Positions 13,341-27,641 of a stretch of DNA of 64,000 bases are shown in pieces. Numbering within the stretch: position 1 is the stretch's first letter; the number at the start of each line of letters is the position of its first letter. The notes beneath the pieces are model-generated. The model saw only the letters and a program-made list of their open reading frames with translations. It was not told the origin of the DNA and did not search any database. Source of the stretch: Eledone cirrhosa (lineage: Eukaryota); contig OZ024745.1 of NCBI GenBank assembly GCA_964016885.1, positions 75,330,001 to 75,394,000 of the forward strand, read 5' to 3'. Both the position numbers and the translations under genes were made by a program.

Positions 13341-13819
13341 TGTGTGTGTGTACGCGCAGATATGTGTGTGTTTGCACGTCTGTTTCTGTGTCTTGTAACA
13401 TATATCTATAGAATAAATACCATACCAGATTTAAAAAAAAAATACTGGAGGTCGATGTGATAGACCAAATTTTAAAAGATGGTGCCCCAGAATGATAACA
13501 ACCAGCTATAAGGATTGAAACCAGTAAAAGAGTAAAGAAAAATAATTCATTCTAACATTTACTTTACCATTCCAAAGCCTTCTCGGCCACCCTACCAGCA
13601 ATCAGTACTGATTTTCCTCTTTTTTTTAATCTTACAACCATAGGACAGTATATTTATTTATTATGCTGAACTCTTATAAGAGAGTTCTGAGTAAGATTAA
13701 TCAAATATGATTAGATTAAGGAGAGGCTTTAATAAACCCAGAGGTGTAGAGTGCCAACATATCTAAAGACAAGACTAACTCCTAGTGGCATGTCTGTTGA
13801 AGAGACATACAATGCCTAA

Positions 13820-13970
<151 letters not shown>

Positions 13971-14240
13971 CTCTCACAAACACACACATATCTATATGTA
14001 TATGTATAAATGAATGAATGTATGTATGTATTTATATATGTATATATGTATGTATGTATGTACGTATATACATACATATATATGTATATATGTATGTATG
14101 TATGTACGTATATACATACATATATATGTATATATGTATGTACGTATATATATATACATATATATATGCATACTTTATATGTGTATATATATAGGTATGC
14201 ATTTATGTATCTATGTGTATATATACATATTACGCAAATA

Positions 14241-14314
14241 TGACCCTCCCCAAGTATAACAATATATGTATATATACATATATATATATGTATATATACA
14301 TATATATATATATG

Positions 14315-14388
<74 letters not shown>

Positions 14389-14389
14389 C

Positions 14390-14440
<51 letters not shown>

Positions 14441-14853
14441 CATATATCGTTTCTGAATTTGTTTAGCAAGATTCTTTATCTGAAATCGTGTGTTGAAACC
14501 GATATTGTTATACTTTGGGAGGGTCATGTTGCCAATAAGAAACACACGCACCAGGTGCGTGTGTTTCTTATTGGCAACATGACCCTCCCAAAGTATAACA
14601 ATATATACATATATATATATATATCTGAATTTGTTTAGCAAGATTCTTTATCTGAAATTGTTTAGCAAGATTCTTTATCTGAAATTGTTTAGCAAGATTC
14701 TTTATCTGAATTTGTTTAGCAAGATTCTTTATCTGAAATCGTGTGTTGAAACCGATATTGTTATACTTTGGGAGGGTCATGTTGCCAATAAGAAACACAC
14801 GCACCTGGTGCGTGTGTTTCTTATTGGCAACATGACCCTCCCAAAGTATAACA
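14241..14853. mobile_element. Rearranged Penelope-like family P4 ends: two palindromes and a 4x27-bp stutter, interleaved with (TA)n
   Basis: Matches 62613-62720; palindrome centres at 14553 and 14806; unit ctgaa(a/t)ttgtttagcaagattctttat x4 at 14625-14732. Confidence 0.75.
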
Positions 14854-14885
14854 ATATATACATATATATATATATATATACATAT

Positions 14886-14949
<64 letters not shown>

Positions 14950-15024
14950 CACATATATATATACATATATATATATATGTATATACATATATATATATAT
15001 GTATATACATATATATATATATAC

Positions 15025-15195
<171 letters not shown>

Positions 15196-15613
15196 TATAC
15201 ACTTACATACATATACATACACACATACATATATGTATTGCCGGGACTTTATCCCTTGCTTGATTACTGACACAAATATAATATTGAATCTATATATTAA
15301 TTGCTTATTTTTCAACTCCGACATAATACAAACGAATATTAAATCATCTCCAAATTAGGCCAATTGTATTTAATTGAAAAAAAGGCGAACAAATAACTCC
15401 ATCACAACTGTAGATAATGTTGGTATCAATGTGGGTCATAGAGTTTATACGTGCCTATATAGAAAGTGTTTGAATGTAGAGTGCCTAGACGGACCAATTT
15501 TATTAATCTAGAATCTTGTCATTGAATAAAAAAAAAAAAAATTCCGGAAGGCAAAACGTAGTTTGAATTTTATGCAGCCATTACGAGGTGATCGTATGGT
15601 ATTATATATTGAG

Positions 15614-15800
15614 GGCGGTGGATTGGCAGTATCGGTAGAGGGTCGGACGCCATGCTTTCCAGCATAGTTACGTCCCTTTACGATCTGAGTTCAAATCCCG
15701 CCGAGGTTGACTTTGCCTTTCATCCTTACGGGGTCGATAAAATAAAAGTACCAGTAATGCACTGGGTAATTGCTGGCCTTGTGCCTAAAGTAGAAACAAT
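15614..15800 (+). mobile_element. SINE family A, full length, ~15-bp TSD
   Basis: TSD attatatattgaggg at 15601-15615 and 15799-15813. Confidence 0.9.
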
Positions 15801-16518
15801 TATATATTGAGGGATTTAGTTTTAGAGTTGCATAAATGCAGATTGGACTAATGTTTAAGGAGTTCGCTTTGCAATCAATTAACCATAGTCTCGGGTCGAC
15901 CCAGTCCATCTGAGTTGACGGAAATTACTTAGAAACCTGTCAGATGGACTGTATCTGTAATTCAAACAGTCCACCTTGTCATACACACTGTTTCACGTTG
16001 AATCTCCCTGAACATTACATTATGGCTACACGGGTTTGTGGTCAGGTTGTTCCGTTGATCAAACAATGGTAACACTCATCGCTGAAACCGACGGAAGTTT
16101 ATTCCATTGTGCTTAGATGGCTCAACTTCATCAATCAAATAATCTTGTCACTGCATTAAATATTTTCCAGAAAGCAAAACGTAGTTTGAATTTTAGGCAT
16201 CCATTACGTGATATTTTTAATATTGGTGTAGTTGGTAGTATTGCTGAAACTTCGTCGGTTACAACGATGAGTGTTCTAGTTGTACGAACAACAGAACAGG
16301 CTGTTGATAAAATTAAATTGCAGGTATCTGATCATTCCACAGACACATGTGCCACTAACGTAATTTTCAAGGAGACTCAGCACACCACGACGTGTGACAT
16401 AGCTGACTCTTTGATTCACAGGTACAATATATTTTTACAGTAGAGTGGACTGCAGCAATATGAAATAAATTACTTTATTCAAGGATACAACGCGTATGTA
16501 TCTCTATACGAACATATA

Positions 16519-16660
16519 CTCCCGGGTCTCGACTAATCGTCCCCGATCCCGCTTATTAATTTTTTAGAGTTTTTCTAACGACCCGCTTTTATTCCACCCA
16601 CCGCTTATTAAATTTTCCTAATCTATCTCCGGCGAAAATTTTAATTTTCTTTATATATTA
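16519..16660. mobile_element. Probable DNA-transposon end with subterminal repeats
   Basis: ccgcttatta / ccgcttttatt repeated three times after ta|ctcccgggtctcgactaatcg; the partner end was not found. Confidence 0.3.
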
Positions 16661-17258
16661 AGAAATATAACAATATATATATATATATTTAATTTTATTG
16701 ATTTTTTAGTTGATCTTATTGACTGATGAATAGCTCATGTTAATTTTAACCCGTCTGTTGAGAACTCTAATTCGATATGTGATATTTTGTATTTTTACAA
16801 ATATATACACTACTGAATTCATTCGCCTAATATAGGGGTTCCCTCCCTTGCTAGACCCCACGTGGATTTAGTAACGGGTGCCTTTGTATTTTTGAACGAA
16901 ATGCCTGTTGAGAAAGTGGTTTCCTCGTTCATCATTTTACCAGAAATCATATATTTTTTATGTAGGCTGACGGTAACTGATTTAGGAACCGCAGAAACCA
17001 AAAAGCTAGAATTTAACATCCTTCTAGCGGGTCCGGGTAAGATTTTTCATTCATTTAATTTATTATTTGTATGACCCGAATTTTCCTGGTCGTTTTTTCG
17101 GCTGTGCGAATGATTTTAAGCATTGTCTCTATGTGTTGGTATTTAAACGTTAGTTATAGCTCTGGTTTATCCAAACTATTGAGCCCTTTGCCACGCATTT
17201 CGAAGATTGTGTTTCGTTATTTCGTGGGCCGAGATTCCGATTCTCGATAATTTATTTG

Positions 17259-17310
<52 letters not shown>

Positions 17311-17926
17311 CCTTACCACTGATTCACGCAGTATTGTACGCCATTGGTATTATATCACACAGATACCAGTAGCTGACTCCCGTTCTGGACTGTTCCACAT
17401 TAATCCCACTATTTTAAAGGTTTCAATACTCGTATGGAACAAAAAAAACCTTCACAAAAATAAATAAAATGAGAGAGCCTCTACGTAGTCATCAATTTCA
17501 AATACATCGTACAGTCTTAAAAAACGGATGGATACATTGTATATTGTAGCTCTAGATACACAATGCATGGGAAACAGACGTCATGGTCATAAAAAGATAA
17601 ATTTTGATCAAGTATCTACTTAATTAAAGGTAACAAGAGGCTAATCCTCCCCCTCCTCTTCTCCCCCCTCCTCCTCAACAACAACAACAACAAAAATAGC
17701 TAACTGTGTCATCAATTCGATTCTAGAATCAAACGATTGATTTACGAACCTCAATGATTGATTTAGCTTCTTCATGGTCTCAAGTAAAACCTGACATCTA
17801 CGCAGTTCTACTATTTGCTTGAAGCAGTAGTTAAATCTCCCTGAAATCTTTCCCTAGTAGTTTTTGTTTTACAAAAATTGAGGGTCTGTTTAGATAATAA
17901 ATAAAAAAGGGACAGTCCTAAATAAA

Positions 17927-18728
17927 TAATTGTTTCTACTTTTGGCACAAGGCCAGCAATTTACCAGTATATCACTGGTACTTTTATTTTATCGACCCCG
18001 TAAGGATTAAATAAATAATGTCTGAGAGAAAAGAAAAAGACTGTGTGGTCAAATTTTTTTTATCATTGGTCTTCACAATCTGGGATATTCTAGGACTAAA
18101 AAATAAAGATATAAACTCCTTTGGTGTAAAGCGCCTGAAACGGCCCCTTGTTCTATGATACAAAACTATTTATTTAAAATTGATAAACATCCCATCATAA
18201 TTTTATGTAAGAATTTTTGTTAAATTATATTCCAAATACGTAAACAAATCTATTTCAAATAGCAACAACACTACAGATATTTAAAAACGGAAAACGAAGG
18301 GAAGGGCAAGGGCTCTAGGGTCACAGAAGAATGGGAGGGGAAAGAAGGAGGGTGATGGGCTCTAGGCCTAGGGGCGGACAATGACCAGCGACACCTGCTG
18401 CAACGGTTCTAATAATAATAATAATAATTGTTTCTACTTTTTGGCACAAAGCCAGCAATTATCCCAGTGCATTACTGGTACTTTATTTTATCGACCCCGT
18501 AAGGATGAAAGGCAAAGTTAACCTCGGCGGGAATTGAACTCAGTTTCTGATTTAGGCAAAAGGCCAACAGTTTTTAGGGAGGGGAAAGTCGATTAAATCA
18601 ACGCCAGAGCGTTTCTAGTACTTCATTTTAACCTCGGCGGAATTTGAACTCAGAACGTAAAGAGACGTAACTCTATACCGCACAGCATATTGTCTGACAC
18701 TCTACCGATTACTGCCAATCCACCACCC

Positions 18729-18762
<34 letters not shown>

Positions 18763-19481
18763 TAATAAAAATAATATTAACACCCGGAGGGTACTCGAAA
18801 AATAAGAGGTGTTACCTCAGTCCACTGGTAGTGAATAGATAACACTGTAATATATCTCCAGCGTTAGAGGCTGAGCTAAGAAACAATAATGATAATAATA
18901 ATTGTTTCTACTTTTGGCACAAGGCCAGCAATTACCCAGTGTATTACTGGTACTTTATTTTATCGACCCCGTAAGGATGAAAGGCAAAGTCAACCTCGGC
19001 GGTATTTGAACTCAGATCGTAAAGGGACGTAACTATGCTGGAAAGCATGGCGTCCGACCCTCCACCGATACTGCCAATCCACCGCCCTATTACAACAATA
19101 ATGATAATAATAATTGTTTCTACTTTTGGCACAAGGCCAGCAATTATCCCAGTGTATTACTGGTACTTTATTTTATAGACCCCATAAGGATGAAAGGCAA
19201 AGTTAACCTCGGAGGGATTTGAACTCAGATCATAAAAGGACGTAACTCTATGCTTCAAAGCATGGCGTCCGACCCTCTACCGATACTGCCAATCCACCAT
19301 AATAATGATTTCTAGTATAGGCACAAGGCCAGTAATTTGAGGTAGGTGAAAGTCGATAAAGTCGACCCCAGTACGTGACTGGTACTTTATTTTATCGACC
19401 CTGTAAGGATGAAAGGCAAAGTTAACCTCGGCGGGAGCTGAACTCAGATCATAAAGGGCCGTAACTCTATGCTGCAAAGCA
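17927..19481 (-). mobile_element. Cluster of six co-oriented family A SINEs/fragments (17927-18007, 18423-18543, 18544-18727, 18899-19086, 19111-19298, 19305-19481)
   Basis: Repeated aattgtttctac...atccacc units, mostly joined by (AAT)n. Confidence 0.85.
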
Positions 19482-20604
19482 TAATAATAATAATCCGAGA
19501 TCTAATGTTAAAACTGTTATAATTACATCATGACCTAGTCACTGACACAATTCTATTGAAGTGGCTAGTAACCGACACTTCATAATAGTCAGTATTACTA
19601 ATAATTAAACAAAATGTGAATATAACCATATTTTTTGTGATCTTAAATCACTAAAATCACTCTTGCGTGTTATAATTGTAATAATGATAATATTAATAAA
19701 TTTAGATTAAAAGTTTTGATATTCTCTTCTGAGTAGAAACCATAATTTGATACAATTTTAGACAAAAGAGAATTGACAGAGATTTGTTACAAGTAACACA
19801 GAAAGAAATTTTAATTAATGAAGTCTAATGTTGAGTTGTCATGATGGATATATTTATTCTTCAAGAGGTGATGACTAACTACACTCTAGATTTCTGGAAA
19901 CAAGTCAAGATCTAAATATATGTGCAAGATAATTATTAAGACTGCTCCGAATGAACAACCACTTGACAACTTTACAGCATGCAGAGGATTAAAGATGGAG
20001 GCACTGGTAGCCGATTGTATAAGGTGGATCGATAGTTAGTTCCTTGTCGAGAGAGTAAACGAATGATGGAGGTCAGAAACCACATAGGATATAGCAATGA
20101 ACTTTTACAGATGCTTCTCTATTGATGCCAGGCGATATGAAGAGCAATTCTTGAGATCCGATGTCGTTAATGAAGACATATTACATTAGAGTACATTGAT
20201 TGATACATCACAAGGTCAGTTCAACAGGAAAAGTAATTACTCACGTGACTCCTTGGGATCAATGAAGACACAACAGTATTTACCAGTCAAAATAAATATG
20301 TACAATAAACACGAAACAATGTTCAACAAAGCATACAGGAGGTGAAGATATTAACACGTTAATCTTAAATGTGTAGCCAACCTAAATCTAATGTAACAGA
20401 ATTATCTCCGGGTTTAATATTCGTTTGAACATTAGATTGTTAACAGAATAACTAACTCATAAACACATGGATAAATATATTTTCCCATAAATGTATTTTA
20501 TAATGATCTGTATCGTGTGGGAGTAATAAGATAAACAAGGAAAATGATCCATTTATGAAAGAATTTAGGATCTGTAATAACTTTATCAGCAAACATATTA
20601 ATGG

Positions 20605-20657
<53 letters not shown>

Positions 20658-21520
20658 AACGATGTTTTCTTTTGTTTTCTCGAGAAAAGATGATGTAACT
20701 GGCTGTCTTTATCTTAGAATATTACTGGTTTTTAATTTGTCACCGTAGAAAGATGGAATGCAGTAGCAATGATTTCGGAATATTACATTAAATATTTCTA
20801 TCTTATGTCCTCCAAACAACAACCTCTGCAATCTATTATTTCCATCTAGTATAATTTGTTTATGACATCAAAGTGGCAATGATCAGATTGCATGTTCAAC
20901 ATTCCCTCATGTAACTTGGTCGGGAATCCACAAGTGGAGTCATTCTTGAGAAGGAACTGGAATGTTTCTTCAGGATACCAGAGATGTAGAATGATTAAAC
21001 GAACAACTGAGCGAATATCATGCACATGCCGCTTTTTTCCTACAAGTAAATTGATTATCAGGTCTCTTCTCTACGTCAAGTAGGAGGGAGCTGATAATCT
21101 GATAGAGGACAGTATTCCAGATTGCTGAGCAGTTGTATAGAAAACATTGCTTGTTAAGAATGGAGGAGTTTTACCATAAAAAAGCTACAAATCAATTATA
21201 TACTTAAACTACACACAATCTACTTGACCAAGAGTACAGTGAATAACGTAGCGTCATAAGTAAGACAGTAGTCTGAAGAGAGTTTGCATCTGTACTACTA
21301 AGCAGTTGTTCACAATATTAATTACATGAATCGCTCTGATTCATAAGATATAAAATAGCTATGGTATTGAAAGTTGGACTCTGCTATACAAAGTTCAAAT
21401 GCCCTTGTTAATAGTTTGCATTAGGCCATTTTGATAGTAAAGGTTTTTCTTACAAAAATTAAACAATGCGATTTATGACATTAAATTGAAATACCGAATA
21501 TTATTTAAAGTAACACAAAA

Positions 21521-21704
21521 GGCGGTGAATTGGCAGTATCGGTAGAGGGTTGGACGCCATGCTTTCTAGCACAGTTACGTCCCTTTACGGTCTGAGTTCA
21601 AATCCCGCCGAGGTTAACTTTGCCTTTCATCCTTACGGGGTCGATAAAATAAAGTACCAGTAATGCACTGGGTAATTGCTGGCCTTGTGCCAAAAGGAGA
21701 AACA
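21521..21704 (+). mobile_element. SINE family A, full length, 17-bp TSD
   Basis: TSD attatttaaagtaacac at 21500-21516 and 21705-21721. Confidence 0.9.
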
Positions 21705-23032
21705 ATTATTTAAAGTAACACCTAATATTATTTGAAGTAAAACGCTAATGTCTAAAGAAGCTAGCCAAAATATTTGTCCATAATATCCAACACAATTGAC
21801 AAAATGAATAATTTTGGCTGCAGGTAGTAGTTGCACTGGACTTAGATATAGATCGAGCTATTTGTTATCAGATCTAAACAAAGTCTGTGGCGTGATGTGA
21901 TCAGAAACAAAGAAAAAAAAGAAAAAAGAACCATCTGAAGATATTAGAATTTGGGAATGGTAAGAATATATTAAAACAACATTTTATCATGTCTTCAGTT
22001 AAAAGATGGTAGAGTAGGTCTCCACAAAAATTGTACAATGAACAATTATCAATCTGTTGAAATGTCCATTTTAATTTAATTCCCCATTGAATTATTTCCA
22101 TATTCCCTGGATTTGAAGATGCTACCCAACTCCTAAAATATGTGTTGATATTTTGTGTGTGTCATAAAGGACGAAGGTAACGTCAAAGTATGTGAAAGTG
22201 CAGAGACCTTGTTTTCAAAATGTTTACTTAAAAATTAGGGTGCGTCTTCAAGGACGAAGCGTTTTCAACGTTGGGAAATAATTATAAAAGAAAACGTTGG
22301 CTAATCAAATAAAAATATCTTAAACGAATATTCCTAGTGTATGGTCAAACACAGGGATGCAAAAATGCAAAGTCTTACGAGGATCACTCTAAGGGGGAAG
22401 ATATATATATATATAGTTACAACAGTGGCATATACAGGTACTTATGTTTCGTTGAGTTGCCCGCCCCCTCCCTTTGCTTTTGCTGGAATCCTCTGGATGG
22501 CGCTATATCATTCAGTTTCCAAAGTTGGGGGCAAATTTGGTCAATTTAGTTGTAGTGATTAGTTTAGCTCTTTGCACTCTAAAATGGTCAGAAAACTTCG
22601 ATATGCGATAAACATGACATGTACATAAATTGTAGCGCATGTCCAAATAGATTTATGTAGTGGTAGTTTAGGGAGAAAAATACAATTATTGGTGGTGGTG
22701 GGAGGGGGGGGGGGGGGCTATATCCGTCCCAGTTCCACCGCCACTGTATATATATAATTTAAAAGAAATTAGGCTCTCTACCCGATCCTAAGGGGTTAAT
22801 ATATCGAGCTTCTTCGCATTTGGTAAGAAGCTGGTATTATACCCAATTTCTTCAACTCCTATATATATATATATAATAAGGGTTGACGGACCCAGCATAT
22901 TTATCAATGCCAGTACCGGTTGTATCTCAGTGCACTCAATGGGCAATGTAAGATCATTACCAGAGTATACACATAGTTATTTGCCTCAACACAACACACG
23001 TAAAACGGGTGCCTATAAGGTTCCCGAACTCG

Positions 23033-23063
<31 letters not shown>

Positions 23064-23138
23064 GAATAAAATGGTCCTTCATCAGTGATCTTCCAACCAT
23101 CATCGGTATTTCTTCGCTTTAAAGACCATATACCTCCG

Positions 23139-23198
<60 letters not shown>

Positions 23199-23199
23199 T

Positions 23200-23402
23200 T
23201 TATTATGGTTATTGGTGAGATTTGCTTACTCTGGAGTTTCACCTGAGCAATCACAGGAACACCAGTCTTATCTGATGATCCTGTGAGTGCCCAGGTGAGA
23301 CTCCAGAGTAACAAGGCTCATCATTTAGCCAAAATAAACGAATATTTAAGCTCTGCTTCGGTATTGAATTTTGGGACACGAGAGTACCACCAAACTCTTC
23401 TC
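23200..23402. mobile_element. Penelope-like terminus, family P6, with partial inverted copy and degenerate hammerhead (23267-23315, +)
   Basis: cttat CTGATGA tcctg tgagtgcc caggt GAGA ctccagag TA acaag; the inverted copy at 23222-23258 keeps GAAA; follows a TA tract. Confidence 0.55.
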
Positions 23403-23856
23403 TATATCTATCACAAAAAACCCAAATTTCTCCCTCTCAAACAGACACACTCATACATATATAGAGACCCACTTAAACACACATTCTCACACACTCATAC
23501 ATACAAAGAGACCCACATAAACACACACACTCATACATACACAGAAACCCACACAAACACACACACTCATACATACAAAGAGACCGACACAAACACACAC
23601 ATTCATACAAAGAGACCGACACAAACACACACACTCATACATACAGACGATATACAGAAGGACTGAAATAAAGTAATATAAAACAAAAGGCAAACTCACA
23701 AAGGTTAAAATAAAGAAGGGAGGGAAATATAGATAGAGAGATAGAGAGAGGGAGGGGGGCAGTGAATGGGAGAGAGAGGGAGGGGACAATGAATGAGAGA
23801 AAGATGGAGAAGGACAATGAATGGGAGAGAGAGAGAGACGAAGAGGGACAATGAAT

Positions 23857-23907
<51 letters not shown>

Positions 23908-24168
23908 AGGGAGAGCTGGAGAGGAATAAGAAGAGGGAGAGGGAAAGTGGGTGAGAATGAGGGAGAAAGAAAGGGTGATATACTAAAGACAGATTGTGAA
24001 TAAAAGAACGCGGTGGGGGCGGGGATGATGGTTGTGGTGGGGAGGGAGAAGAGGCTTAATTTTCAAAGTACAGCACAGGGGGTAATAAGTGTGTGTGAAG
24101 TGAAATGTTTTTATGTTAAGTGACGGTTCCAGTATCACGGACCTCCACACACACACACGCACACACAC

Positions 24169-24261
<93 letters not shown>

Positions 24262-24266
24262 CTCTC

Positions 24267-24303
<37 letters not shown>

Positions 24304-24431
24304 CTCTCTTTCGCACACACACCCAAACACGCCTAAATGCACCCATAGATACACACAGGCATACAAACATAAACAGATATAGTTACATATACACACGCAC
24401 ACAGACCCCCCCCCCCACGCACACACATGCA

Positions 24432-24466
<35 letters not shown>

Positions 24467-24474
24467 GTAAACAT

Positions 24475-24514
<40 letters not shown>

Positions 24515-24687
24515 AAGTATGACCCCGACGGCAGAGCTCAAGCCGTTTCGACGGCTATTTCTGGACTCGAAACGGCCTGAGCTCTGCCGCCGGGTCATAC
24601 TTTCTCCTATTTCCCACTCTACTACCTTAAGTATTGAGTACTCTGGTGCGTTGTGGTCCATATGGTTCCTTACCACAACTCCTTCGT

Positions 24688-24720
<33 letters not shown>

Positions 24721-24840
24721 GTATATATGTATATATATAAAATATATAGGGATGTATATATATGCGTGTGTGTGTGCGTGATATCTAAGAGATTGTAATT
24801 ATATATATATATAATATATATATTTGCAATCTCTAACATA

Positions 24841-24890
<50 letters not shown>

Positions 24891-25483
24891 TCATATGCAT
24901 ACACACGTATACGTACTTTTACTACTTACTACTAATATCACCGCCGTCTCTCTATGGCTTAATATTTTTGTCAATGTCACTCACTTTCTGTATATAACCC
25001 CCTCCTCTCCTGAACCACACCCGTCTTTCTACCCTCTTTCCTTCTCCAGCTCTTCCAGTTTTGTCTATCCGTCCGTCTGTATGACTCCCTCTCTCTGTTT
25101 CTTACTTGCTCTCTCTTTCTCGGTCTCACTCACCTCTCTCTCTGTTTCTCACCCCCCCCCTCTCTCTCTGTCTCACTTTCTCTCTCTCCTTCCCTCTCTC
25201 ACCGTCTCATTTCCTCTCTCTCGCTGTCTCACTTCTCTCTCACCCTCTCTCCCCCCTCTCACTCTCTGTCTCACTTCTCTCAATCTCCCTCTCTCTACTC
25301 TTTGTCTCACTTCCTCTTTCTCTCTCTGTCTCATTTCCTCTCTCAGTCTCACTTACCCCCTCCTCTCTGTCTCACTTCCTCTCTCCTTTCTCACTCTCTT
25401 TCAATCACTATTTTTTTGATAAAGAAATTTTTTTTTTTTTAAACTTTTCGCTTCTTTTTCGAGTGGAAAAATAAAAAAAATCA

Positions 25484-25660
25484 GGTCACCCTAGCCTTAT
25501 GTCACGCGTCCGCAGTTAACATGGGGAGATGTAATTTATGTGACGTAGGACACGCGACTAGTCCGTTCGTGGGTCACGTGCCGAACACCTGCTTAACTAA
25601 GAGGTCCAGATGACGTCATCCAAACGTAGTCCCCCAATGCTCAGCTAGTTGCACAGATGG
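25484..25660. promoter_or_regulatory. Candidate enhancer/promoter: dense bZIP/bHLH site cluster
   Basis: CACGCG 25503 and 25551, TGACGT 25541, CACGTG 25575, CACCTG 25586, full CRE TGACGTCA 25611; CpG-rich island between microsatellites. Confidence 0.4.
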
Positions 25661-25710
25661 TTCAGATTTCAGAATTGAATAAAGTCCTCTTTGATTGCTT
25701 CACCAAACTA

Positions 25711-25830
25711 TATGAATGTATGTGTGTATGTATGTATGTATGTATGTATGTATGTATGTATGTATGTATGTATGTATGTGTGTGTGTGTGTGTGTGTGTG
25801 TATGTATGCATGCAGGTATGTATGTATGTA

Positions 25831-25877
<47 letters not shown>

Positions 25878-25886
25878 ATGTATGTA

Positions 25887-25921
<35 letters not shown>

Positions 25922-25956
25922 ATGCATGCAGGTATGTATGTATGTATGTATGTATG

Positions 25957-26025
<69 letters not shown>

Positions 26026-26141
26026 ATGCATGCAGGTATGTATGTATGTATGTATGTATGTATATATGTATGTATGTATGCATGTATGTATGTAGGTATG
26101 TATGTATGTGTGTATGTATGTATGTATGTATGTATGTATGT

Positions 26142-26172
<31 letters not shown>

Positions 26173-26615
26173 CATGCAGGTATGTATGTATGTATGTATG
26201 CATGTATGTATGTATGCATGTATGTATGTATGTATGCATGTATGTATGTATGCATGTATGCATGTATGTATGATCGCATAACAGTTAATCAAGAGTTTGT
26301 TGCATACCATGTATGTATGTATGTGTGCATGTATGTATGTGTGTATGTATGCATATATGTATGTATGCAGGTATGTATGTATGCATGTATGTATGTATGC
26401 ATGCATGTATGTATGTATGCATGCATGTATGTATGTATGCATGTATGCATGTATGTATGTATGCATGTATGTATGTATGCATGTATGTATGTATGCATAT
26501 ATGTATGTATGCAGGTATGTATGCATGTATGTATGTATGCATGTATGTATGTATGTATGCATGTATGTATGTATGGTCGCATAACAGTTAATCAAGAGTT
26601 TGTTGCATACCATGC

Positions 26616-26687
<72 letters not shown>

Positions 26688-26690
26688 GCG
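25711..26690. repeat. Compound (TATG)n/(TG)n array with two copies of a ~40-bp unique insert
   Basis: tcgcataacagttaatcaagagtttgttgcataccatg at ~26274 and ~26577; source of the 350-aa ORFs. Confidence 0.9.
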
Positions 26691-26848
26691 TGAGAGCTTG
26701 AACGTGTGAATATATATGAACGTGTGTGAAGAAGACCAAGGTCCTTATTGAATACTCAGTGATAAAATACACCAGTGTATACTCTTGTTTTACTTTAATA
26801 TTATACTCTTTACCAGTTTCAATATATTACCAGTTTTTAATTAAGTAG

Positions 26849-27160
26849 TAAACTAGTGTTTTAATTTGATACTAAACTAGTGATTTATTTTCATACTAAA
26901 CTAGTGTTTTATTTTCATACCAAAATAGGGTTTTAATTTGATACTAAAATAGGGTTTTAATTAAATAGTAAAATTGTATTTTAATTTAATTCTAAACTAG
27001 TGTTTTAATTTGATATTAAAATAGTGTTTTGATTAAGTATTAAAATAGTGTTTTAATTTAATACTAGAATAGGGTTTTAATTTGATACTAAAATAGTGTT
27101 TTAATTAAGTAGTAAAATAGTGTTTTAATTTGATACCAAACTAGTGTTTTAATTTGATAC
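26849..27160. repeat. Minisatellite, 13 x 24 bp (consensus taaa(a/c)tagtgttttaatttgatac)
   Basis: Period read directly; 312 bp = 13 units. Confidence 0.9.
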
Positions 27161-27436
27161 CGGTTTAGTGGTTAGAGCGTTGGGCCTGCAATCGGCAGGT
27201 TGTGAGTTCGACCGGGGGATGCGTTGCGTCTTTGAGCAAGAAACTTTATTTCACGTTTTTCCAGCTTACTCAGTTGAGTTGCGCCGTCACTGGTGCCAAG
27301 CTGTATCGACCATTACCTTTTCCTTGGACAACATCGGTAGCGTGGAGAGGGTGACTGCTTTTCTTCCACAAACAACTTGCCCGGAATTGTGCTTCGGAAG
27401 GGAACTTTCTAGGTGAAACTTCCATGGTCATTCGTG
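27161..27436 (+). mobile_element. tRNA-derived SINE, different family
   Basis: A-box ggtttagtggttagagcg, B-box-like gtgagttcgacc, then gtctttgagcaagaaactt. Confidence 0.6.
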
Positions 27437-27572
27437 TATAAATACACACACATACGGATGTGTTTACTTATTCCATGGGCCTTTATCTTCTGGTGGTGAT
27501 GTAATATGTCTTGGGCATTTAAACTTGGCGGAGGACGGGCTCCGTCAGAGAAAGCGAGTGTGAAAGAGAGAA

Positions 27573-27641
<69 letters not shown>

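Noticed and set aside
18410-19495. Repeat-spacer-like array suggestive of CRISPR
   Set aside because: Units are ~190-bp SINEs with AAT linkers in eukaryotic DNA; no cas genes.
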